A DNA stretch of 64,000 nucleotides from a virus (lineage: Duplodnaviria; Caudoviricetes). How positions within the stretch are numbered: the stretch's first letter is position 1; each line of letters begins with the position of its first letter. The stretch covers positions 1 through 64,000 of IMG/VR virus record IMGVR_UViG_3300028048_000066; one strand, given 5' to 3'. The notes under the pieces are model-generated. The model was not told the DNA's origin. It did no database searches and saw only the letters and a list, made by a program, of their open reading frames with translations. The translations under genes and the position numbers were made by a program. Below are positions 22,995 to 34,100 of the stretch, piece after piece.

Positions 22995-25343
22995 ATGGCA
23001 AAAGGTAAAAGAAACAGTTCTATAACCAATCCATACGAAAATTCTGCAAGACAGGAAGCAAGTAAGGGTGTATCAGCCGATACCGAAGATATTGACAAAC
23101 TATACTCTTATTTAGCACAGCAGGAAAAGGTTCTTGAGAATGTAAGGAAAGAACTCCAAAATAAACGAATTAGTGATGCACAGGAGAAAACAAAAGAACA
23201 AGCATTAAGACTTGCTAATTTTGAACTTGACCTTGCTAAGACTAATGTTAATCTTACTGAAGAACAAAGAAAGGCAATGAGAATGGAGTTTCTCAACCAA
23301 GAAGCAGATGCAGAGAGAAAACTTCAGGAAGAAACACTTGCTAAAAGATTTAAAGTTCAAAGCAACTTAGAAAATGCTAGAACTAAACTTCAAGATACTC
23401 AAAGACAAAAAGACATTCAGATGACAAATGTCAATATGAAAGTCTTACAAGCACAGAGAGATTTAGAAAAAGCAAAGAAAGATGGTAATGCTGATGAAAT
23501 AAAGAAAAAACAGCAAATACTAAAAGATGCTCAAAAAGAAAGAAAGGAAAAAGATAAAGAACTCACAAAAGAGTTACAAATACACAAACAACAAAAAGAG
23601 ATTCTCAAGGAAAAGAGAGCAGAAGACAAAGAAAAGAATCAGCAAAAATTTGTAGATGATTTATTTGGTATTGTAAGAGATGAAGAAACCGGTCTTAAAG
23701 ATATGCATAAGACCATAGGTGGCACTTTATCAGAAGATTTAAAGAAAACCTTAGCAGGTGTTGGAAAAGCAATTACAGAGTCTTTAAATCAAATCAATAC
23801 TGCCATTTCTTCCTATGCAAGTTATCAAACAGAAATAAATGCTAGATTACAAGGTGTTGGTGATTTTGGTAAGTCAGTAGAAACATTAAGCGATGTTGCT
23901 TTCTCACCACTTATTAAATCTGAAGAATTATATGCAAATTTAAGTCAATTAGTTGCAGAAGGTATTTCAAGTAATGTAGAGCAAAAAGCATTCTTACAAA
24001 CAGTTAAGAAAGGTATTGCTACTACTTTTGATGTAAACAATGCAACCTTAAAGCAAATCGTAAGAATGCAACAATTTGACTCAACTGCTGCTAGATTAGG
24101 TATGGAAGCATACTTAACTAGATTCTTAAATGAGTTTGTTCAAAATACAGAATATTTAACAACTACCTTTGACAATGTAACAGCATCATTATTACAAGCA
24201 ACTTCAACAATGGGTGGACAAGAAGCAACAGAGTTTGAATATCAAGTTCAAAAATGGTTGGGTGCTTTAACTGGTGTTGGTTTAAGTGATGCAACTGCAA
24301 ATGCTATTGCAACTGCTATTGGACAATTAGGCAGTGGTGATATTAGTGGTTTAAGTAGTTCACAAATGCAAAACTTGATGGTAATGGCAGCAAGTAGGTC
24401 TGGAAACCTTAACTATGCAGATATTCTTACTGGTGGTTTAAATTATAATACAACAAACTACTTAATGTCTTCTGTTGTATCATATTTACAAGAATTAGGT
24501 TCATATAGTAATAATGTTGTTAAGTCACAATTAGCACAAACTTTCGGTGTTTCAATGTCAGACTTAATGGCACTTACTAAGAATTTAAAAGGTTCGGATT
24601 TAGAAACACTTTTAAACACTAATATGTCTTATAGTGGTATGTATGAAGAGTTAGCATATCAAATGGGACAATTAAAAACAAGAGAAGGTATTTCAAACAT
24701 TCTTGAAAACTTATTCTCTAACTTAACTTATCAAACAGGTATGAACATTGCATCCAATCCTGCTTTATATGCAACCTGGAAAATTACAGACTTAATTCAA
24801 GGTGTAACTGGTGGTATTAACATTCCATTTATCAGTGCAATGGGTAGTGGATTTGATTTGAATACAACTGTTGAAAACTTAATGAAATTAGCAATAGTTG
24901 GTGTATCCACATTTAGTAATATTGGTGATATTATTAGTGGTGTATCAAGTGTTGGCGATGCTGCAAGTTTACTTGATAAATTAGGAATTAGTTCAACAGC
25001 AGGTTCTAATGTATTAAAGAGAGGTTCTGGATTAACAGCAAGAAGCAGTGGTATGTCTACATCTTTATCCACAATGGTAGGAAATACCGCAGGTTCTGAC
25101 TATTATGATGCATCACTTATGGCAGCAGAAGATGAAGCAAATCAAAAGATGGCAGATGTTCAAAGTGAAACCAATGACTATACAGAAAAGACCTACACAT
25201 TGTTAGAGGATAACTTTGTGGATAAGGTAACAAGTATTGATGACAATATTACAAAGATTTATGACTTCTTATCCACAGAAGCAACATATATGTCATTCAC
25301 ACCAACTATGGAAGGTATAACATCTGTTGCTTATGATATATAA
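22995..25343 (+). CDS. Tape measure protein
   Basis: Long coiled-coil N-terminus and A/G/S-rich C-terminus; follows the chaperone. Confidence 0.75.
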   Translation: MAKGKRNSSITNPYENSARQEASKGVSADTEDIDKLYSYLAQQEKVLENVRKELQNKRISDAQEKTKEQALRLANFELDLAKTNVNLTEEQRKAMRMEFLNQEADAERKLQEETLAKRFKVQSNLENARTKLQDTQRQKDIQMTNVNMKVLQAQRDLEKAKKDGNADEIKKKQQILKDAQKERKEKDKELTKELQIHKQQKEILKEKRAEDKEKNQQKFVDDLFGIVRDEETGLKDMHKTIGGTLSEDLKKTLAGVGKAITESLNQINTAISSYASYQTEINARLQGVGDFGKSVETLSDVAFSPLIKSEELYANLSQLVAEGISSNVEQKAFLQTVKKGIATTFDVNNATLKQIVRMQQFDSTAARLGMEAYLTRFLNEFVQNTEYLTTTFDNVTASLLQATSTMGGQEATEFEYQVQKWLGALTGVGLSDATANAIATAIGQLGSGDISGLSSSQMQNLMVMAASRSGNLNYADILTGGLNYNTTNYLMSSVVSYLQELGSYSNNVVKSQLAQTFGVSMSDLMALTKNLKGSDLETLLNTNMSYSGMYEELAYQMGQLKTREGISNILENLFSNLTYQTGMNIASNPALYATWKITDLIQGVTGGINIPFISAMGSGFDLNTTVENLMKLAIVGVSTFSNIGDIISGVSSVGDAASLLDKLGISSTAGSNVLKRGSGLTARSSGMSTSLSTMVGNTAGSDYYDASLMAAEDEANQKMADVQSETNDYTEKTYTLLEDNFVDKVTSIDDNITKIYDFLSTEATYMSFTPTMEGITSVAYDI

Positions 25344-25355
25344 AGGAGATAAATA

Positions 25356-26492
25356 ATGATTAAACTAAATGATGATAGTATTTATGTTGGTGAAATAAAA
25401 CAAATCTTAAAGAACTTCAACTTACCTACTATAAAGGTATATAGAAGTGATGATTTATTTGTTGAAGGAGACCACTACATTAAAGATGGGTATATCTGTT
25501 TATATAAGAATGGGGAATTTGAAAAAGAAGAACTCTATGTTTATAATAGACCATATCTAAATATAACAAAGAACTTAATTATCTATAACAACATTTATGA
25601 TTCTTATACACACAGACACTTTGGGGAGTATTTAAGATTCCAAAGAGATTATAACAATGTAGATTTAATGTCAATGTATAACTGTTGTGATGGTGTTTTT
25701 GCTAATAATATCAATATTAAAATAGGTGAAACAAAAACATTCTGTGATGATGAAGGATACAAAGTATATTGTTTCCCAGCAAAGTTTAATAGAAAGTATA
25801 CAATAGGAATAGATTGTTCTTCAAAGATAGAAGTTGTAGCAGGTTTCTATAATAACGATAAAGTCATAGATGCTTTAGATGATAGTTTTGTAAGCATTAG
25901 TGATAAGATATATAAGAGTAGTTATAATACATATGCAAGTGTAAGTATGAATAGACCTGTATTGTATGAAAACTTAACTTCAAACATTAGTGACTCTATG
26001 TATGTTTATGAAAATATACTTACATTATTTGTTAAAGTACCTATTTCAAATACATCTTCACTTGTAGTATTAGAAGGTGACTATTTAAGTAACTTCAAGA
26101 TTATATTATCATCACAAAAATTTGAAGATAGTATGTTTGCTTTTAGAGATTATGATAGAAAGAGAAGATTCTATTGTAAAGAGTTTGTAAGTAAGTTAGA
26201 ATTATTATCAAATCTTAATGCTTCATCTCAATATCTATTAGCAACAAGAATGATAGAATATGTAACAAAGAATGCAATTTGTCCATTATCAGAAAGTTAT
26301 GATGTGAGAAAGTTGCAAAAAAAGTTGGTTAAGAAAGGATTACTAGACAAAGATTATTATGGTGTATGGAGAGAAATTGATAGACTTGCTGTTTGTCAAT
26401 TTATCACAGAGAATAATCTAGTCAACACTAAATATGATATGTTATCTTATTTAGACAAAGATGCAGAACAAAAAATGGGGGATATTGAATAA
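25356..26492 (+). CDS. Hypothetical baseplate-region protein
   Basis: AAGGAG RBS; position. Confidence 0.7.
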   Translation: MIKLNDDSIYVGEIKQILKNFNLPTIKVYRSDDLFVEGDHYIKDGYICLYKNGEFEKEELYVYNRPYLNITKNLIIYNNIYDSYTHRHFGEYLRFQRDYNNVDLMSMYNCCDGVFANNINIKIGETKTFCDDEGYKVYCFPAKFNRKYTIGIDCSSKIEVVAGFYNNDKVIDALDDSFVSISDKIYKSSYNTYASVSMNRPVLYENLTSNISDSMYVYENILTLFVKVPISNTSSLVVLEGDYLSNFKIILSSQKFEDSMFAFRDYDRKRRFYCKEFVSKLELLSNLNASSQYLLATRMIEYVTKNAICPLSESYDVRKLQKKLVKKGLLDKDYYGVWREIDRLAVCQFITENNLVNTKYDMLSYLDKDAEQKMGDIE

Positions 26493-27109
26493 TGTCTAAT
26501 AACAATTATACACTAATAGAGAATTATATCTATTTATTTCATACCGATGAGTATCTAATCTTACCACAATATCCAGATACAATTAGTGATAAATTAAGTT
26601 CACAATTTAGTCAACAAAATGCATTATCAAGAACAGCACCTATTTATGCTTACAGTTATTCTGGACCAAGAGAGGTTCAAGTTCAATTGGAATTACATAG
26701 AGATATGTTAAATGAAGTAAATGCAACTGCAAGTAATATGAAATTAGACTTGGGTGAAGACTATGTTGACACATTATTAAAGAGAATACAAGCAATTGCA
26801 TTACCAAGATATGTAGCAGCATCAAAGACAGTTAAACCACCTATGGTTGCTGTAAGATTTGGTGATGATATTTTCATTAAAGGTATTGTTAATGGTGGTA
26901 TATCAATTCAATATAAGAAACCAATCCTTGACAACAATAAGTATGCTTTTGCAACAATTAACTTTAATGTATATGAAACTACACCATATGATGCAGATAC
27001 AGTACAAGAGTTAGGAAGTTTTAGAGGCATCACAAAAGAATTTAAAGATAGAAGTGGATTATATAAACAATATAATGCTCAACAAATTATACCAGGAAGC
27101 AATGGTTAA
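26492..27109 (+). CDS. Baseplate tube-initiator-like protein
   Basis: RTAPIYAYSYSGPR, A...P.Y..PP.V..RFG motifs typical of tube initiators. Confidence 0.6.
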   Translation: MSNNNYTLIENYIYLFHTDEYLILPQYPDTISDKLSSQFSQQNALSRTAPIYAYSYSGPREVQVQLELHRDMLNEVNATASNMKLDLGEDYVDTLLKRIQAIALPRYVAASKTVKPPMVAVRFGDDIFIKGIVNGGISIQYKKPILDNNKYAFATINFNVYETTPYDADTVQELGSFRGITKEFKDRSGLYKQYNAQQIIPGSNG

Positions 27110-27121
27110 TAGGAGATAATT

Positions 27122-27442
27122 ATGGATGTATTAAAAGATAGAGAAACTAAATCATATGAGTATATATCTAGGTATTCATCTTTCCCATATTATTATAATA
27201 CACAAGATGATAAATATATCTATGGATTAGCATCACAATTAAGTGAGAACTCAACATTTGTAGCACACAAAGTGGTTCAAGATGACACACTAGATAAATT
27301 AGCAAATTACTATTATGGTAGACCAGATTTATACTGGATTATTGCTGACTTTAACAGAATCCAAGACCCATTTATTTCTTTATTTGGAAATTATGATATA
27401 GTTAAAGTCCCATCATTATCAAGCATTAGTTTTAGAGGATAA
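27122..27442 (+). CDS. LysM-like baseplate protein (gp53/P2 gpX-like)
   Basis: HKVVQDDTLDKLANYYYG..LYWIIADFN.I.DP. Confidence 0.8.
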   Translation: MDVLKDRETKSYEYISRYSSFPYYYNTQDDKYIYGLASQLSENSTFVAHKVVQDDTLDKLANYYYGRPDLYWIIADFNRIQDPFISLFGNYDIVKVPSLSSISFRG

Positions 27443-27444
27443 TA

Positions 27445-28758
27445 ATGAATATAAATTTGATTTCACAAAGTACATATGTTTCTACACCATTCATATCAGT
27501 TATGATTGGTAATTATAAGTTTGGTATTATTGAAAAGTCAACTGGAATAACAGTTGAAGGAAACAATGTGTACAAAGATACTAGAGTAACTTATCCAAAT
27601 TATTTAAAGAGTTTAGAAATAACTAAAATAAATGGACAAGTGAATAAATATACATTAAAACTAGAATACACAGTTACAGATAGAAGTGACCCTAACTTCT
27701 TTGAGAAAGTATTTTCAAGTGTTAGTGATTCTCGTAAAATTGTATTTAGTTATGGTGACTATTCTGCACCTACATATATGTATAAAGATGAAGAAGCAAT
27801 TATATTAAATATTAAATCAGACTTTGATATTGCATCTTCAAAGATTATATATACAGTAAATGCAGTAAGTACAGGAATATTATCTAATGTAGGCACATAT
27901 TCTTTTGATGGTATGGAAGATAAACCAAGCAATATTATTAGAGATTTATTGTGGGGTGAATCAAGTGCTGCATATGGACTCTTAGAGATATTCCCAGGTA
28001 TGAGAGATAGAAAGAGAGTAGAAGACCTAGGACTTTTACCAAACAACGATGTAGTAAAACACATTGAAGCAAAGACAAACATCACAATATTTAACTACTT
28101 ATCATACTTAATTGATATGATGGCAAGTTCTAATACAGATGAGTTCAGTAAGGATAATTTGTATGTATTAGTTGTTTGTGATGATACAAGTGGAATATTA
28201 GATGGAACATACTTCAAAATAAATCAATGTGACAGAAGAGTAGAGCATAGTGAAGCATATGAACTAGATATTGGTTTCCCTTCACAAAATGCTGTAATTG
28301 ACTTCCATATAGATAATGATGAAAGTTATGCAATCTACTATAAATATCAACAACAATTAAATGATGAGCAATATGTACAAAGAATATCACCAAGCGGAGA
28401 AATTATAGAAGACTATGCACCAATCATTAGTAGTGGAACACCAGAACACGAAACTCACGAAAGTCAAAAGTCTTGGTGGGCAAAGGTTACAGAATACCCA
28501 ATTAAGGCATCTATAACCATTAGAGGTTTATTAAGACCAGCAATATTGATGAGTTATGTAAGATTAAATGTATTCTTCTTTGGTAGAAAGCACATTAGTT
28601 CTGGTTTATATATTGTAACAAAAGAACAAGATAGTATTAGTGAAGCAGGATTTAAAACAACATTAAATCTAATAAGAATTGCTGCTGATGATGAATTCAC
28701 AAGCACGGGTGATTTATCTTCAAATAAAGTTGCAAACGCATACTTAGGTATAAGATAG
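27445..28758 (+). CDS. Baseplate hub protein (gp27/P2 gpD-like)
   Basis: ASITIRG..SGLYIV....DSIS..GFKTTLNL C-terminal pattern; position. Confidence 0.65.
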   Translation: MNINLISQSTYVSTPFISVMIGNYKFGIIEKSTGITVEGNNVYKDTRVTYPNYLKSLEITKINGQVNKYTLKLEYTVTDRSDPNFFEKVFSSVSDSRKIVFSYGDYSAPTYMYKDEEAIILNIKSDFDIASSKIIYTVNAVSTGILSNVGTYSFDGMEDKPSNIIRDLLWGESSAAYGLLEIFPGMRDRKRVEDLGLLPNNDVVKHIEAKTNITIFNYLSYLIDMMASSNTDEFSKDNLYVLVVCDDTSGILDGTYFKINQCDRRVEHSEAYELDIGFPSQNAVIDFHIDNDESYAIYYKYQQQLNDEQYVQRISPSGEIIEDYAPIISSGTPEHETHESQKSWWAKVTEYPIKASITIRGLLRPAILMSYVRLNVFFFGRKHISSGLYIVTKEQDSISEAGFKTTLNLIRIAADDEFTSTGDLSSNKVANAYLGIR

Positions 28759-28768
28759 GAGAAATGAT

Positions 28769-30085
28769 ATGATTACAACAGGAAGAATAACTGAAAAATT
28801 AAGTAATTCAGTATATAAGGTTTATTTACCTATCTTTCAAAATGCTGGGTGTCAGTCCAGTAAACTAAATACATCTATATATACTGCAAATTGTTGTGTA
28901 GATTCATTTACATATAAACCATTTGAAGTTAATGATTTAGTTTATGTTGGATTTATAAATAATAGAATATCCCAACCTGTTATTTTAGGTAAGATATTAA
29001 AAGATGATGTTACAAAACCAGCAGGATATGTATATGCAGATTCAATGAAGGTTGAGAATGCTGTGGTCTTGCCATTAAATACATCTATTGTATCAAGTGA
29101 TGGTAAAGAGCAACATTTATTCTCATTGAAGTTTTTGGAACAACAATTAAATGAACTACAAACACTTTCAGATAAAATTGATTACCTAAATCAAGAAGGT
29201 GATGATGACTATGAAGAACTTAAAGAAAGAATTGAAGAAGTCTATAACACACTCAATAAAGGTATAACATCAATAACAACAGCAGATAGTGGTAAATTAG
29301 TAAAAATTGATAGTAATGGTAATTTCTTGCCAACAGAAGATAAAGGACTTTTAGAATTAACATCTAATGATAATGGAAAAATTTTATCGGTTAATAGTAA
29401 TGGAGATATATCACCAGTAGCAAATAAAGGGTTATTTGATTTATCTTCTAGTGATAGTGATAAATTAGTAAAAATAGATTCTAGCGGTAATTTAGTATCT
29501 ACACCGAATAAGGGATTAACATCCTTATCTTCAACAGATGAAGGAAAATTAGTTATTATAGATAGTAATGGTGATTTATCAGTAACTCCTAATAAAGGAC
29601 TAGTAAATATAACAACTTCAGACAATGGTAAAATATTATCAGTAGACAGTAATGGAAATATAGAGCCAGTACTTCCAACAAATGTATATGAATTATATCA
29701 ACACAATCTATATATAAAACATACTTCTGGTAAACTATATTTTTCAATTATTACTAGAGATGAAAATGAAATATCATTAAATGATGCACAATATAACTTA
29801 TCATATCTAATTGGGTATTTAAAAGATTCTGGTATAATAAACAATAAGCATTCAATTAAAGCATCTGGTAATTTTAGTATTTATATTCAAGATATAGATT
29901 ATGATGAAAACTCATCAATTATTGGAGTATATGTAAATACAACAGATAATATATTAAATTTAGTTGTAGGAGAATTTAATGCCGTATCAAGTAATGCTAT
30001 AAATATAGATATGGACTCTTCAGATAAATCATTACCAAATAATACAATACAAGAATTAGAAGACACTGTGATTAGAATACTATAA
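28769..30085 (+). CDS. Baseplate spike-like protein (gpV/gp5 OB-fold N-terminus) with five 28-aa repeats and a C-terminal domain
   Basis: YKVYLP..DLVYVGF..PVILGK; repeats at 29255-29674. Confidence 0.65.
   Translation: MITTGRITEKLSNSVYKVYLPIFQNAGCQSSKLNTSIYTANCCVDSFTYKPFEVNDLVYVGFINNRISQPVILGKILKDDVTKPAGYVYADSMKVENAVVLPLNTSIVSSDGKEQHLFSLKFLEQQLNELQTLSDKIDYLNQEGDDDYEELKERIEEVYNTLNKGITSITTADSGKLVKIDSNGNFLPTEDKGLLELTSNDNGKILSVNSNGDISPVANKGLFDLSSSDSDKLVKIDSSGNLVSTPNKGLTSLSSTDEGKLVIIDSNGDLSVTPNKGLVNITTSDNGKILSVDSNGNIEPVLPTNVYELYQHNLYIKHTSGKLYFSIITRDENEISLNDAQYNLSYLIGYLKDSGIINNKHSIKASGNFSIYIQDIDYDENSSIIGVYVNTTDNILNLVVGEFNAVSSNAINIDMDSSDKSLPNNTIQELEDTVIRIL
29255..29674 (+). repeat. Five 84-bp (28-aa) intragenic repeats NKGL..L.S.D.GK.V.IDSNG.L.P
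   Basis: Visible in the translation. Confidence 0.85.
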
Positions 30086-30096
30086 GGAGATTAAAT

Positions 30097-30693
30097 ATGT
30101 ATATAAATGTATATAATAATATGAGAGGTGGGGCTTATGACATCAATGATAAAAGAATTCCACCCATAAATACTCAAACTGATATTGATAAAATAATGGC
30201 AGTAGATAATAATGGTAATTTATCTCCTGTATCTAATAAAGGATTATTTGATTTATCTTCTAGTGATGCAGGAAAATATGTAGTTATAGACAGTAACGGT
30301 AATATAACTGCTTCTACTCAAATACAATCAGAATTATATACACATTATATTACAATGATTCAAGAAGCAGGTTCTGCATTAGCACCAATTCATAATGTAG
30401 TTATATTCAATATTACAACATTATTAGCAACACCTTTTAATGCAGTAAGTATCGTTGATTATATAAATAGCCAATATTTCCTTGGACCGTCAGATGGAAA
30501 CACTGGTATATTAGCAAATGGAACATTTAAAGTAGGTGGTAACCACCATTATGTAGCACAAGTTAGAAAAGGTAGTACAGATGGAACAATAAATATAGTA
30601 ACTGTTTCATCATCAGGTGGTACAAACACTCCAACAGCATTCGCGGCATCTGATGTAACAAGTATGACTGATTTTGTAGTTAGAATATTCTAA
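30097..30693 (+). CDS. Paralog of the spike C-terminal region (repeats plus ELYxH domain)
   Basis: NKGLFDLSSSD is shared; ELYTH versus ELYQH; ends DFVVRIF versus DTVIRIL. Confidence 0.75.
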   Translation: MYINVYNNMRGGAYDINDKRIPPINTQTDIDKIMAVDNNGNLSPVSNKGLFDLSSSDAGKYVVIDSNGNITASTQIQSELYTHYITMIQEAGSALAPIHNVVIFNITTLLATPFNAVSIVDYINSQYFLGPSDGNTGILANGTFKVGGNHHYVAQVRKGSTDGTINIVTVSSSGGTNTPTAFAASDVTSMTDFVVRIF

Positions 30694-30698
30694 TTAAA

Positions 30699-30713
30699 TG
30701 CTAAATTAAATGA
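30699..30713 (+). promoter_or_regulatory. Putative late promoter TGCTAAATTAAATGA
   Basis: Exact motif copy. Confidence 0.8.
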
Positions 30714-30734
30714 TAGAGTTAAGGAGAAAATAAG

Positions 30735-31103
30735 ATGAATAGTATAGGATTTCCAAAAATGTTTAATGCTAATTCAACAATAGTTAAGACAGGAATAGAA
30801 GCAACTAAGACTTGTTTGCATTTATTGTTGAGTTCAGAACAAGGTCTTTTTGGTGACCCAGAGTTTGGTGTGAAGTTAAAGAGATATACTTTTGACCAAA
30901 ATAACTACATTTTAAGAGATATAATTATAGATGAATTATATTCAAAGATAACAATATTTTGTCCTCAATTGTTTTTAGAAAGAAAGGACATTAAGATAAC
31001 ACAAGATGGTAGTAGACTTTATGTAAATATTAAAGCAATAAACAGAGAAGATTTTACTACTAACACTTACGACTTAGAATTATTAAATTACGAGGAAAGA
31101 TAA
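30735..31103 (+). CDS. Baseplate wedge / sheath initiator (gp25/gpW-like)
   Basis: LLL.S..G..DPEFG..LKRY.F motif. Confidence 0.8.
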   Translation: MNSIGFPKMFNANSTIVKTGIEATKTCLHLLLSSEQGLFGDPEFGVKLKRYTFDQNNYILRDIIIDELYSKITIFCPQLFLERKDIKITQDGSRLYVNIKAINREDFTTNTYDLELLNYEER

Positions 31104-34100
31104 TGATTACAGAGAACGATTTACAGATTTCAAACAAATCATATATTAACAAAGACTTCCCAGTTATTTACCAAGAAATAATGGACTTAGCAAAGAAGTT
31201 ATCTTATAAGTTTGACCCAGAAACATCAAACGAGTCAGACCCATTTGTTATTATATTAAAGTTATTGGCATTTATAGGCGATAAGATGAACTACAACATT
31301 GATAAGAATGTTCTTGAAAGATTTATGCCAAGTGCAACACAAGAGTCCTCTATGAGAGATTTATGCTCTATGTTAGGATACAATGTAAAGTATTATATTG
31401 CACCAACAACAAGTGTAACTTTCAAATATACAGGAAATGAATTAGATGGAAGAAGTTTTGTTTTACCAAAGTTAGAAACAATTCTTACAGACGATGCTAA
31501 CGAAGTGTCTTTTGTAACAACAAGAGATGTAAGTATTTATGCAAAAAACGAAGTAACAAATAGTGTTCCTGTAATTCAGGGTGTAGTAAAAACATTAACC
31601 ACACTAAGTGGTGAAGTTGTAAGATTAGAAAACCTTGATGATAACCTCAGAGTTTACTTCCCAGAAAAGATGGTAGCACAAAACGGTATATTCATTGAGG
31701 GCGGCACAATTTCACTTGAAGATGAGTGGACTTATGTTGATAACTTAAATGTTACCCCACCAAAGTCTTATGTATATACTTTTGGTTATGATTCAACAAA
31801 GAGATTACCATACTTACAATTCCCAGATGATATTGCATCTTTAATTGGAAGTGGTTTAACAATCAAGTATGTATTAACAAGTGGTGTTGATGGAAACATT
31901 AAAGCAAAGACATTAACAAAGATTAGTTCACCTACATCTATTACAACAACCGACCAAAATGCTACAATCACATTAGTATCATCCGATGAAAATAATATTG
32001 TAGTTAAAAATATCAACTCATCTATAAATGGTATGAACCCAGAATCAATAGATGCTGCATATTCTAACTTCAAGAAGACCATTGGAACATTTGATACATT
32101 GATTACTTGCAGAGATTATATGAATTATATTTACAAACTTTTGGATGATGATGATATTTATCCATTAGTAAGTAATATTCTTGTAGGTGACAGAAGGGTT
32201 GATTATAACTATTCTAATAATATTGTAACCTATAATCAATATGGTCAATCGGTAGTAAATGCTATTTTAGTTGAAAGTGATGAACCAATTATAAGTGCAT
32301 TTGATTTAGTTTTATATGCAATGAACCCAATTAAGATATTTGATACATCTTCTTATGAAAACTCATTCAGAAGACTATTTGATACAACCAGAATTGAAGG
32401 TAAATTAGAGGAATCAAAGTGTGTATCACATAACTATAAAGAATTAGAATCAACAGATGTTTTTACATTTAAGAATTACTATAAACTTAATGCAAAGATT
32501 TCAACAACATATAAAGTAAATGCTATTGAGAGAGCAGATATTCTTAACAACATCAATACAGCACTTGTAAAGAACTTCAATGCCAGAGAAGTAGATTTTG
32601 GTTATGAGATTCCTTATGAAACATTGTTAAGTGTTATGGAAAATGCAGATGTAAGAATTAAATTAGTTTCATTAGCAGAACCTGAATTAGAAACAAAGAT
32701 TATGTATGCAGACAATTCAGAAGAATCATTATTTGCAGTTGACACACACGGAAATCGTAGCAACTATATTAAATTACTTGCAAAGAATGTTCTTGCTGGT
32801 AAGGTAGAATTGTTTGACTATAATGAATTATTTGATTATGACTTTGGTCAAGAGAAGTTAGTTGGTTCTGGTGATGAGATGCTCTATAAAGGTGTAGAAA
32901 AGGTTACATCAGAAGTTACAATCAATCCAACACACGATGGATATACCTTAAAACAAAACGAAGTAGCACAATTCATTATGCCTTCACTTATTACAGACAT
33001 AACCTATCCATATGGAATTGGTTTATACTTACAACTAAACAGCGATAAATTAAATGCTGGTGAAGAATATAAATTACAAAGTGGAGAATATTGTGTGTTT
33101 ATCTACACAGATACAAATGGAAACCAAGTAGTAAATATCTATGAAAATGGTGATATTGTAAGAGCAAATGTAGATATTTATACAACAGAATATAAGAGAG
33201 ATACACTTTATTACACACCAAAAGAGGTTACAATTTATGATGTAGTTATCAGAAACAGACTTCAAAGTTTAGGGATTGCAGATGAACACGGTGTGGTTCA
33301 AGAGTTTATACTTGCAACACAAGAAACAGTAGAACATAGAGAACTAAATCAAGAAAAGATTGACTATCAAACATATATGTATTGGATGCTTAACAATGCA
33401 GACAATGAGTTAGTGTTTGATGAAGATGGTGAATATATGCTTGAAGAAGGTGAATATTTATTTAGAACAGATGCATCTTTCAGTGATTTAATTTCTTATG
33501 GTTCTGGTACAGTTATTAAATATGTTACACCAGAAGATAGTGATAGTTCTGATGATTCAGATGAAGACGAAGACTTATGGAAATGTGATAAAGTAAGTTT
33601 AGAGGAAATCAATGAGAATGGTTTACTTGGATTACAAGACAAGTTTAAGTATTTTGATTGTAATGACTCTACATATTTCTTAATGAGGGAACAAACAATT
33701 TACACAGCAATTGAAGGAGATAAATTAACATCTAATGATGATACATTAGCATTAGGAAACGACTTCATTAGTGTAGAAGGAAAAGAAGTCGCAATCAATG
33801 GAGAAAAGATTCCATCAGTAAGTATTGATGAAGGATATGTAAAAGGTAGAAGTAGACTAGATATTGCTGCTGGTCCAACAATACCACAAGTTCTTCAAGA
33901 AAATCAAACAATGACATTTAAGTGCTTAGATGCAAATGATGATGATATAGATGTTGTTCTTACACAAGGTGCTTCATTCCACTTAAGTACAATTAAACAA
34001 CTTGGTGGTGGGGTAGATGTTGATTTAAGAACTATAAACTATTTAGTAAGTGAAGATGATGCAAATAGATACATTCTCAATGATTTATATTGTTATAACT

